A stretch of DNA of 28,464 bases, taken from NCBI GenBank assembly GCA_964584035.1, contig CAZOYL010000018.1, positions 2,458-30,921 of the forward strand, written 5' to 3'. Position numbers and translations under genes: made by a program. Each line of letters opens with the position of its first letter. The stretch's first letter is position 1. This DNA is from an uncultured Gemmatimonadota bacterium. GTDB taxonomy: Bacteria; SM23-81. A model generated the notes under the pieces. The model saw only the letters and a program-made list of their open reading frames with translations. It searched no databases and was not told the DNA's origin. Positions 19,096 to 27,365 of this stretch are shown piece after piece.

Positions 19096-19123
19096 GCGCT
19101 CACAACCTCATGGGAGGAAGCTT

Positions 19124-20890
19124 TTGCCTCAACGCATACAGATCCTCTCCTCTTCGGTAGCGTCGAGAATCGCGGCCGGGGAGGTGGTTGATCGTCCCGC
19201 GTCGGTGGTCAAGGAACTGGTGGAGAATGCCATCGATGCCGGTGGCCGGCGCGTTCGAGTGGAGGTGTCCGGAAGCGGAGAAAAACTTATCCGGGTTTCG
19301 GACGACGGCTGCGGCATGTCGCCCGAAGATGCCCGGCTGGCCGTCCGGCGCCATGCGACCAGCAAGATCGTTGACGACCAGGACCTGGAAGCCATCGAAA
19401 CCCTCGGATTTCGCGGCGAGGCGCTGTCCAGTATCGCCGCCGTATCGATAATGGAGCTGTCTACCCGGGAAGATGGCAGCGATGCGGGTCTCGTTTTGAA
19501 GATGGAAGGGGGCAAGTTGATCGACGCATCGCCGGCCGGCCGGCCGGTGGGAACCACCGTGACGGTTAGAAAACTGTTCTTCAATACCCCGGCGCGCCGA
19601 AAATTTCTCCGCAGCGCCCAGACCGAGTTCCGCCGCATCGTCGAGGCCATTACTCATTTGTCCCTGGCTCACCGACAGATAGCTTTTCAACTGCTTCACG
19701 GTGATCGACAAACTCTGAACCTCGGGCCGGCCAAGGACCTCCGTGAGCGGCTTTCAGATCTCTGGCCTCTTGAGATGGTGAATGATGCCATCTTTTTCTC
19801 GCATCAGAGCGCCCCGACAAAGATCGAGGGCTGTGTGGGAACGCCCGGGATGTCGCAAAGCAGCCGGCATCGCCAGATCTTCATCCTTAACGGCCGGCCG
19901 GTGATCGACAAGACGCTCCATCATGGGCTGTTTCAGGCCTATCAGGGTTATTTTCAAAAAGACCGTCACCCGGCCGCCGTGGTGCTGATGACCACTGACC
20001 CCGGCCTGGTGGATGTCAATGTGCATCCGGCCAAGCGGGAGGTGCGATTCCGGGACAGCCGAGCCATGCATGATCTGCTGGCCTTCACGGTGGGCAAGGC
20101 GCTCAGCCGGCTGAACCCGCAGCCCGAGCTGAGAGAACAGATGATCGGTCCCCGCACCGAAAAACACGCCGGAGGCATGAGGGAGATCGCCGGTGAGTAT
20201 CTGGCCGATCACAGAGGCCCGGCCGATGACCGGACCGCTCGCGGCGTCATCTCCCAGGCCAGCCTGTTCGCCGAACGTTCCGCCGAACAGAAATCGGGCT
20301 CCTTTCCGGATGCACGCCATCGTAGTGATCTGATATCACTCTGGCAGCTCCACGATCTGTACATTTTCTCCGCCATTAAAAGCGGAGTAGTGATCATAGA
20401 TCAGCATGCCGCTCATGAGCGGGTGCTCTACGAGCAGGCCAAACGGAGTTTCCAGCAAAATTCGAACTCCTCTCAGCAGCTGTTGTTTCCCCAGGTCGTC
20501 GAGCTCACCCAGGGGCAGCTGCAGGTGTTCGATGAGCATCAGGACCTGCTGGCCGAGCTGGGTTTTGTGGTCCGGCCGTTCGGAGGCAAAACGATCCTGG
20601 TGGAGGCAGAACCGGTGACGCTCATGATGGGCCGCCACAGTCAGGTTCTCCGAGACATTCTCGATGATCTGGCTGTCCATCAGCCGGCCGAGCTGGAACG
20701 CGAGGAGCGGCTGGCCCGTTCCTTCGCCTGCCAGGGAGCCATCAAGGCTGGGGAGCGGTTGACCCAGGAGGAGATGAATTCACTGGTGAATATGCTGTTT
20801 GCCACCTCCTCTCCGTATACCTGCCCTCATGGCCGGCCGACCATCATTCGGATCAGCATGGAGGAGCTGGCCAGGAAATTCGGCCGCTGA
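19124..20890 (+). CDS. mutL: DNA mismatch repair endonuclease MutL
   Basis: GHKL motifs IAAGEVVDRPASVVKELVENAIDA and TLGFRGEALSS; endonuclease motifs DQHAAHER, ACQGAIK and CPHGRP. TTG 19124 follows SD GGGAGGA. Confidence 0.97.
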   Translation: MPQRIQILSSSVASRIAAGEVVDRPASVVKELVENAIDAGGRRVRVEVSGSGEKLIRVSDDGCGMSPEDARLAVRRHATSKIVDDQDLEAIETLGFRGEALSSIAAVSIMELSTREDGSDAGLVLKMEGGKLIDASPAGRPVGTTVTVRKLFFNTPARRKFLRSAQTEFRRIVEAITHLSLAHRQIAFQLLHGDRQTLNLGPAKDLRERLSDLWPLEMVNDAIFFSHQSAPTKIEGCVGTPGMSQSSRHRQIFILNGRPVIDKTLHHGLFQAYQGYFQKDRHPAAVVLMTTDPGLVDVNVHPAKREVRFRDSRAMHDLLAFTVGKALSRLNPQPELREQMIGPRTEKHAGGMREIAGEYLADHRGPADDRTARGVISQASLFAERSAEQKSGSFPDARHRSDLISLWQLHDLYIFSAIKSGVVIIDQHAAHERVLYEQAKRSFQQNSNSSQQLLFPQVVELTQGQLQVFDEHQDLLAELGFVVRPFGGKTILVEAEPVTLMMGRHSQVLRDILDDLAVHQPAELEREERLARSFACQGAIKAGERLTQEEMNSLVNMLFATSSPYTCPHGRPTIIRISMEELARKFGR

Positions 20891-20927
20891 GACCGGCCGG
20901 GCCGAGCCGAGGGAGGGGGCTGCCGGC

Positions 20928-21956
20928 ATGAGCATCATCGCCGTCGTGATCGGTCCCACCGCGGTGGGGAAAACGGATATTGTCATCAGCGCCCTGGAGG
21001 GGATGCGGGCCGAGATCATCTCGGCCGATTCTCGTCAGATCTACCGCTACATGGATATCGGCACGGCCAAGCCCGGACCTGAACAGATTCAGAAGGTGGT
21101 TCATCACCTGGTGGATTGTGTCGATCCGGATCAGCCTATAGACGCTGCCCGCTATGCGCAGATGGCCAGCAAAGCTATCGATGATGTTTCCCTGAGGGGT
21201 AAGTTCCCGGTGGTCTCCGGCGGCAGCGGGATGTATGTCAGAGCGCTGCTGGAAGGGTTTTTCGACGGCCCCGGGGCCGATGCGGATGTGCGCCAAGATC
21301 TCATCGAACAGGAAAAGGCGGAAGGATGCGGCACGCTGCACCATCGGCTGGGCCGGGTCGACCCGGACAGTGCCCGGCGAATCCATCCCCACGATCTGTT
21401 TCGAACGGTGCGGGCTCTCGAAGTGTTCGAACGAACCGGTATTCCCCTGACACGTTGGCATCGCGACGGGCGAAAGCAAAAACTTGACCGGGCCTTCTCT
21501 CTGGTGGGGCTGTACCGAACCCGAAAGGAACTGTACCGCCGGATCGACCAACGGGTGGATGAAATGATAGGCCGGGGATTGATAGAGGAAGTCAGGGGAT
21601 TGGTGAAACGAGGGTATGCGGAAACTCTGGCCTCCCTTTCCACAGTAGGATACCGTGAAATGTTGGCCATGCTGGACGGACGAATCAGCCGCGAGGATGC
21701 CGTTTCCCTGATGAAGCGAAATACCCGGCAATACGCTAAACGTCAGATGACCTGGTTCGGAAGACTGGAGCAGGTGCTGTGGATCGATGCCGGCGAAACC
21801 GCACCGGCCGGACAGAAAAAACGTCTGCGCCGTGTTCTGGAGAACCTTTCAAACGATCGTCGACCTTTAAGAGGAACAGTGGTCCGCAGCCGGGAACGGA
21901 TGCGTCAGGCCTGGTCTTGGAGAAAGGACCGGTTGGGCGGGCGGTCCGATCGATGA
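20928..21956 (+). CDS. miaA: tRNA dimethylallyltransferase
   Basis: Motifs GPTAVGKT, SADSRQIYRYMDIGTAKP and TRQYAKRQMTWF. ATG 20928 follows GGAGG. The mutL-miaA order is common. Confidence 0.96.
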   Translation: MSIIAVVIGPTAVGKTDIVISALEGMRAEIISADSRQIYRYMDIGTAKPGPEQIQKVVHHLVDCVDPDQPIDAARYAQMASKAIDDVSLRGKFPVVSGGSGMYVRALLEGFFDGPGADADVRQDLIEQEKAEGCGTLHHRLGRVDPDSARRIHPHDLFRTVRALEVFERTGIPLTRWHRDGRKQKLDRAFSLVGLYRTRKELYRRIDQRVDEMIGRGLIEEVRGLVKRGYAETLASLSTVGYREMLAMLDGRISREDAVSLMKRNTRQYAKRQMTWFGRLEQVLWIDAGETAPAGQKKRLRRVLENLSNDRRPLRGTVVRSRERMRQAWSWRKDRLGGRSDR

Positions 21957-21993
21957 AGGCCGCCATCTGAAGAACTGCGCATGGAGGATAGCC

Positions 21994-22902
21994 ATGAATA
22001 GGCAAAGTTTCTGCTCGTTGATCTTTCTGATCGCGCTCCTGGTGCTGATGACTGCTTCCTCATGGGCAGATCTGCTGCAAGAGGTGGCCGATGGCGGTGT
22101 CATCGATTGGGGGCGGATGATCATCAGATGTACCGGAACCGGCGGAGCAGAGAGCCATAGCGATGTCGATAGCATAGCGGCTCGGGATAAGGATGAGGTT
22201 TTAGAAGCGGCTCGTCGAAACGCTCTGGAAAAGATCATGACAACGCTGAAAGCCATGGTCATTGCTTCGGACGAAACGGTTGCCGATCTGATAGATGATG
22301 ACGACGTGTTGGAGAAGAGGATTCGATCGCTGGCCGCAAATTTTCGCGAAAAGGGCCTCCACTATATGACCGATGGTTCTGTGGAGATCGATGTCGAGCT
22401 GACTCTCCGCGGGGAGTTGATCGACCTTCTGCTGCCGCCCTCCGGCAACGGTCGCAGAGTACCCGACGGCCTGCACTGTCCTGTCTGCGGGCAGCCCTGG
22501 CCAAAGGATGTCGATATCCCCGAGGAACTGGAGCTGGTCTGTCCGCAGGGGAATCCGGCCGAGACTTATACCGGTCTGGTCATCGACGCCCGCAGCACTG
22601 ATATGCACCCGGCGTTGGCCCCTGTGGTGGTGAACGAGTCGGGAAAGATCATTTACGGAGTCCAGTTTGCCCGCCGTCCCAGAGTCCTGCTGGCCGGCCT
22701 GGTCAGTTATGAACAAGATGTGGACCTGGCGGCCAAAATGAATCGGGTGTCTCCCCGGGTGCTGTTGATCGAAGCCCGCAAGGCCCGGGGGTCGAAGGGG
22801 ACAGAGCTGGTCATCGAGAATGAAGATGCCGCGCTGCTGCATTGTAGCCCGCAACATCTAAAGTTTCTATCGGAGTGCCGGGTCATCATCGTGCTGAACT
22901 GA
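21994..22902 (+). CDS. Secreted hypothetical protein, LPP20-like, with a CxxC-containing insert
   Basis: SD GGAGG and signal peptide ending ...TASSWA. Segments GVIDWG, AARRNA, DGSVEI, YTGLVIDAR, PALAP and CRVIIV resemble proteins annotated LPP20-family (recalled, not searched). Confidence 0.6.
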   Translation: MNRQSFCSLIFLIALLVLMTASSWADLLQEVADGGVIDWGRMIIRCTGTGGAESHSDVDSIAARDKDEVLEAARRNALEKIMTTLKAMVIASDETVADLIDDDDVLEKRIRSLAANFREKGLHYMTDGSVEIDVELTLRGELIDLLLPPSGNGRRVPDGLHCPVCGQPWPKDVDIPEELELVCPQGNPAETYTGLVIDARSTDMHPALAPVVVNESGKIIYGVQFARRPRVLLAGLVSYEQDVDLAAKMNRVSPRVLLIEARKARGSKGTELVIENEDAALLHCSPQHLKFLSECRVIIVLN

Positions 22903-22948
22903 TTTGTTGCGAGCCGGAGCCATTCTAATTATTAAGGGGATCCGAACC

Positions 22949-24049
22949 ATGGCGATCGACAGGATCATGTCCTGGACTCTACTGGTCGGCCTGTCATTGA
23001 GCGCGTGCTGCGCCCATCGGTCCGGGCATGTGCCCGATGTCACCACCGCTGATCCGCGAACATATGTTGAAGCCGGCAGAAAGTTTCTCGGGGAATCGCG
23101 CCTGGAGGAAGCAGCCGATCGTTTCCGAGCGGCTCTCGCTCTCGATTCGGATGATGTGACCGCTCTTGAGGGATTGGGGCTGGTGGCTCTGGAACGGGGC
23201 GACTGGTCGGAAGCCGAGGATTATTTCCGTCAGGGGCTGGCAAGGGAATCGGCCTATGCCCCGCTTTTCGTGGATTTGGGCAGAGTGGCGGCCGCCCGCG
23301 AAAATAACCAGGAAGCGATAGAATATTATCTCCGGGCCATCGCGATGGAAGAGAGCCTGGCGGAAGCTCATTACCGTCTGGGACTGATGTATGAACGAAC
23401 GGGTCAATTCAGCCTGGCGGAGGAGTACTATAAAAAAACGCTGGACAGGGATCCGAACTACTCCGCGGCGATGGAGAGCTGGAGAGACCTGGCCAGGCGC
23501 CGATCTTCGCCTGAGGATCTGCCTCCCGAGTATATCAGCATCGTCAAAAAGCCGGTCATCAGCCGGGCCGATCTGGCCGCCATGCTGGCCCGCCAGCTGC
23601 CCCTGGAACGGATCTGCGACGCTAAGGCGAATCTCGCTGGGCCGGCGGATGTCCCCCTATCGGAGGATGTCCCCCTGCCGGGGGATGTCTCCGGTCACTG
23701 GGCCAGCCGGGAGATCTCCAAGGTGATCGCCTGCGGCCTGATGGCTCCGTTTGAAGACGGGGCCTTCCGTCCGCGGCAGGCCATGAGCCGGAGAGATTTC
23801 GCCCGCATCATGGGAGATATTCTGTTCAGGTTCGAAGAGGAGGATTGGTCCGGCCGCCGGCCCATTGAGCCGGTCATAGCACCCTCCGATGTGCCCAATG
23901 AGGACTCGGATCTGGCGGCCATCACGCTGGTCACTGACCTGGGGATCATGGAACTGCGGGAGGACGGCTCTTTCCGACCGGATGGAGAGATCAACGGGTA
24001 TGCGGCCACCAGGGCGGTTCGGGCGCTGAAAGAACATCTGTCACCGTAA
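22949..24049 (+). CDS. Putative lipoprotein with TPR repeats and S-layer homology (SLH) domains
   Basis: Lipobox LSA-C and about 4 TPRs (e.g. AEAHYRLGLMYERTGQFSLAEEYYKKTLDRDP). SLH motifs DVSGHWA...GLM...DGAFRPRQAMSRRDFA and DVP...GIM...DGSFRPDGEING. Start set at ATG 22949 after AAGGGGA. Confidence 0.82.
   Translation: MAIDRIMSWTLLVGLSLSACCAHRSGHVPDVTTADPRTYVEAGRKFLGESRLEEAADRFRAALALDSDDVTALEGLGLVALERGDWSEAEDYFRQGLARESAYAPLFVDLGRVAAARENNQEAIEYYLRAIAMEESLAEAHYRLGLMYERTGQFSLAEEYYKKTLDRDPNYSAAMESWRDLARRRSSPEDLPPEYISIVKKPVISRADLAAMLARQLPLERICDAKANLAGPADVPLSEDVPLPGDVSGHWASREISKVIACGLMAPFEDGAFRPRQAMSRRDFARIMGDILFRFEEEDWSGRRPIEPVIAPSDVPNEDSDLAAITLVTDLGIMELREDGSFRPDGEINGYAATRAVRALKEHLSP
23647..23692 (+). 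repeat. In-frame 18-bp tandem repeat, about 2.5 copies
   Basis: GGATGTCCCCCT at 23647 and 23665, GGATGTCTCC at 23683. Encodes DVPLSE-DVPLPG-DV. Confidence 0.75.
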
Positions 24050-24094
24050 CGCGGTCTCGAAACGGCCGCGATCCGTGAACGAGAGTTGATCCAT

Positions 24095-25390
24095 ATGGCG
24101 GTGCGCATCGCATCGGTGGAGCCGGGAAGTCCGGCTCACCGCTCGGGCATTCGCTCCGGGAACTATCTGGTCGAGATCAACGGTCAGCCGGTTCACGATC
24201 GGCTGGACGCTCAATATCTCCTTCATGATGAACGGGTTTTACTTTCCATTCGGAATGCGCGGGGGCGGCTGAAACGGCACGAAATTGAAAAAGCCTATGA
24301 GGACGACGCGGGCCTGCGTTTGCCACCCCTGCGGCCCCGAACATGCCGGAACCACTGTATCTTTTGTTTTGTAGATCAGCTTCCCCACGGGCTGAGGAAG
24401 AGCCTGTACCTCAAGGACGAGGATTACCGCCTGTCCTTTCTCCAGGGCAGCTATGTCACCCTCACCGACCTGAAGGAAGGTGAGCTCGATCGCATCATTC
24501 AGCAGAGGCTGAGCCCGCTGTATATTTCCGTGCACAGCACCGACCAGGCGATCAGGCGGCATATGCTTGGGAGAAAGGATGTTCCCGACATCACCGGGAT
24601 CATCGAACGGCTGGCACAGGGGCGCATTGAGATGCACAGCCAGGTGGTCCTGTGTCCCGGCATCAACGATGGTGAGATGCTGCGGCAAACGGTCGGTGAC
24701 CTGGTCCGCTACTTTCCGGCCTTGCGTACGGTGGCGGTGGTACCGGTTGGTTTAACCCGTCATCGCCGCCATCTGTACCCTCTCAAACCGGTCACCATCG
24801 AAACGGCGCGGCGGCTGCTGGACACCATCGCGGGCTGGCAGAGGGCGTATCGCCGTACACTGGGATCCGTTTTCGTTCATGCCGCCGACGAATGGTATCT
24901 TCTGGCCGGCCGAGAGATACCCGCGGCGGAAAGCTATGGGGATTTTGAACAGTTGGAGAACGGCGTGGGCATGGTCCGGCAATTTCTAGACCGGTTCGAA
25001 GGACGGTACAGGCACTTTCCGCAGAGCCTGTCTCGTCCCAGGGCCATCACCATCGTCACCGGACGTCTGGCGGCCTCTTTTCTCGGGCCGACCCTGGTCG
25101 ACCGGCTGTCCCGGATCGGGAATCTTACCGTTCACCTGCGGGCCATAGACAACAGGCTTTTCGGAAGGTCGGTCACCGTCAGCGGTCTGCTCACAGGTGG
25201 GGATATCGTCAACAGCCTGCGCGCTCATCCAGTCCAGGGAACCGTTCTTCTGCCGCCCAACTGTCTCAACGAGCAGGGCGTTTTTCTGGACGACCTTACT
25301 CCCGGGGATGTGGCCGAGCAATTAGGCCGGGAGGTGATCGTGACCGACCGGCACGAACCTCTCCGGAGTCTCGAAAGGGTCCTCGCATGA
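24095..25390 (+). CDS. PDZ + DUF512 putative radical-SAM/Fe-S protein (TIGR03279-like)
   Basis: N-terminal PDZ-like VEPGSPAHRSGIRSG..INGQ, CxxxCxxC (CRNHCIFCFVDQLP), KDEDYRLSFL, QLENGVG and VTVSGLLTG. An alternative TTG start lies at 24086. Confidence 0.88.
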   Translation: MAVRIASVEPGSPAHRSGIRSGNYLVEINGQPVHDRLDAQYLLHDERVLLSIRNARGRLKRHEIEKAYEDDAGLRLPPLRPRTCRNHCIFCFVDQLPHGLRKSLYLKDEDYRLSFLQGSYVTLTDLKEGELDRIIQQRLSPLYISVHSTDQAIRRHMLGRKDVPDITGIIERLAQGRIEMHSQVVLCPGINDGEMLRQTVGDLVRYFPALRTVAVVPVGLTRHRRHLYPLKPVTIETARRLLDTIAGWQRAYRRTLGSVFVHAADEWYLLAGREIPAAESYGDFEQLENGVGMVRQFLDRFEGRYRHFPQSLSRPRAITIVTGRLAASFLGPTLVDRLSRIGNLTVHLRAIDNRLFGRSVTVSGLLTGGDIVNSLRAHPVQGTVLLPPNCLNEQGVFLDDLTPGDVAEQLGREVIVTDRHEPLRSLERVLA

Positions 25391-26715
25391 GCATCTCAAC
25401 TCAACCGGTGGTGGCCATCGTGGGCCGGCCGAACGTCGGTAAATCGGCGCTGTTCAACCGCATCATCAGAAAGAGAATGGCCATCGTCCACGACCGGCCG
25501 GGGATCACCAGGGACCGGCTGGCCGCCATGGCCGATTGGGCCGGCAGAGACTTTCTGTTGGTCGACACCGGCGGGCTGGTGATCTCCGAAAAAGAGGACC
25601 TGATCCAGGCCGTCGGACAACAGGCCCGCCTGGCCATCCAGGAAGCTGATGTCGTTCTCCTGGTCGTGGACCTGGAGGTGGGGCAGAGTCTGGAAGATCT
25701 GGAGGTGGCTCGGCATCTTCTCCGGGCCGGCAAGAAGACCATACTGGTCCTGAATAAGTCCGACACGTCCGGTGCCCGGGAACATACGGCAAGTTTTTTC
25801 TCTCTTGGGCTGGGTGAAGGGCAGATCGTCTCCTCACTGCATGGAAGAGGCGTAGGGGATCTGCTGGATCTTGTGGTTGCAAAGCTGCCCCCGGAAACAA
25901 AGCAGCCAGAGCAGCAGGAAGGGATTCAGGTGGCCGTCCTGGGGCGGCCCAATGTCGGCAAATCCTCTCTGGTGAACGCTATCGTGGGAGAGAAACGGGT
26001 CGTCGTGGATGCGATCCCGGGGACCACGCGGGATGCCGTGGATACTGTCTTTTATCTGGGTACCCAGCGATTCATCTTCATCGACACAGCCGGCCTGAGA
26101 AGAAAAAGCAAGGTCACGGAAGGGGTAGAATTCTACAGCACACTGAGGACGTTGCGGGGATTGAACCGCTGCCAGGTGGCACTGGTGGTGATCGATGCCG
26201 TTCAGGGGCCCACGCAGCAGGATGTGCACATCATCGGGCAGGCTCAGGAGGCTTTCAAGGGTATCATCATGGTCCTGAATAAGTGGGATCTGGTTCGAGA
26301 AGATGTGGATCTAACGGCCTATGAGGCTCAGGTGAAAAAACGATATCCTACGATGAGCTATGTCCCTCTGGTGAATACATCCGCTCTGACCGGGCAGAAC
26401 GTGCCGACTTTGCTGGATCATGTCCGCGCGGTTTACCGTGAACGGGGCAGGAGAATTACCACCGGACGGGTGAATAAGTTTCTGGAAACCTTGATCCACC
26501 ACAGGCAGCCTCCGTCCCTGAGGGGACGATCGACGAAGATCTATTACGCAGTCCAGCAGATGGTCCATCCGCCCACCTTCATATTTTTCACCAATCACCC
26601 CGAAGCCTTCAGGGCGCCCTATCTGCGGTTTATCCAAAACCAGCTGCGCGGCGCTTTTGGCTTCAGCGGGACTCCGCTGCGGGTGTGGATCCGCAAGCGG
26701 GAGGGGAAAGGCTGA
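25387..26715 (+). CDS. der: Ribosome biogenesis GTPase Der (EngA)
   Basis: Two G-domains (GRPNVGKS, GITRD, DTGG, NKSD; GRPNVGKSS, GTTRD, DTAG, NKWD) and a KH-like C-terminus (PPTF, FGFSGTP). Confidence 0.97.
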   Translation: MSISTQPVVAIVGRPNVGKSALFNRIIRKRMAIVHDRPGITRDRLAAMADWAGRDFLLVDTGGLVISEKEDLIQAVGQQARLAIQEADVVLLVVDLEVGQSLEDLEVARHLLRAGKKTILVLNKSDTSGAREHTASFFSLGLGEGQIVSSLHGRGVGDLLDLVVAKLPPETKQPEQQEGIQVAVLGRPNVGKSSLVNAIVGEKRVVVDAIPGTTRDAVDTVFYLGTQRFIFIDTAGLRRKSKVTEGVEFYSTLRTLRGLNRCQVALVVIDAVQGPTQQDVHIIGQAQEAFKGIIMVLNKWDLVREDVDLTAYEAQVKKRYPTMSYVPLVNTSALTGQNVPTLLDHVRAVYRERGRRITTGRVNKFLETLIHHRQPPSLRGRSTKIYYAVQQMVHPPTFIFFTNHPEAFRAPYLRFIQNQLRGAFGFSGTPLRVWIRKREGKG

Positions 26716-27365
26716 TGCGTTTCATCCTTATCCTGTTGCTCAGCTATCTTCTGGGATCGATCCCCACGGCTGTGTGGTTAGGAAAGATGGTCCGGAAGGT
26801 CGACATCCGGGAACACGGCAGCGGCAATTCCGGAGCGACGAATGCTCTGAGAGTACTGGGTGTGAGATGGGCATTGGCGGTGCTGGTTCTCGATATATCC
26901 AAAGGGCTGGCGGCCGTGCTGCTGCTGGTTCCGCTGCTGTCCGCCGGTTCCCCCGATGATCCCACGCTGGTATCGGTCCTGGCCGGAACGGCCGCTATTG
27001 TGGGTCATGTCTTTCCGGTGACCATCGGTTTCCGGGGAGGGAAGGGAGTCGGCACCAGCGCCGGCGTGATGTTCGCCCTGGCCCCCCTGGTGGCTTCAGC
27101 GGCGCTGGTTATCTGGCTGGCGGTGGTCGCGGCCACCCGGTATGTATCGCTGGGCTCGATGCTGGCCGTCGTGAGTGTCACGCCGCTGTTGATTCTCCAA
27201 GGCCATCTTTTCGATACCGGTATGAAGAGTCCACTGCTGGGGTTCGCCCTGTTGCTGGCCATCGGAGTGCTGATCAGCCACAGAGCCAATATCAAACGGC
27301 TTCTGGAGGGCAGAGAGAACAGGCTTTCCCTGAGTGCGCCCCGGGCGGCAAGGAGATCCCGATGA
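26715..27365 (+). CDS. plsY: Glycerol-3-phosphate acyltransferase PlsY
   Basis: Motifs YLLGSIP, DIREHGSGNSGATN, GHVFP..FRGGKGV, RYVSLGS and HRANIKRL. ATG overlaps the der stop (TGATG). Confidence 0.96.
   Translation: MRFILILLLSYLLGSIPTAVWLGKMVRKVDIREHGSGNSGATNALRVLGVRWALAVLVLDISKGLAAVLLLVPLLSAGSPDDPTLVSVLAGTAAIVGHVFPVTIGFRGGKGVGTSAGVMFALAPLVASAALVIWLAVVAATRYVSLGSMLAVVSVTPLLILQGHLFDTGMKSPLLGFALLLAIGVLISHRANIKRLLEGRENRLSLSAPRAARRSR

Noticed and set aside
19016..19123. Long N-terminal extensions or overlaps for MutL, and likewise for MiaA (20799), PNPase (7363), S15 (7002), PlsY (26685) and IF2 (1262)
   Set aside because: Downstream starts with SD sites or stop/start coupling match the family N-termini. 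The extensions are longest-ORF artefacts.
24050..24070. Hairpin CGCGGTC-N7-GGCCGCG after the TPR-SLH gene as a terminator
   Set aside because: No U-tract follows. At most it is a stability or processing hairpin.
25423..25458. Der GD1 P-loop reads GKSALFN instead of the common GKSTLFN
   Set aside because: The GxxxxGKS core is intact. The change is after the essential Ser and does not indicate inactivation.
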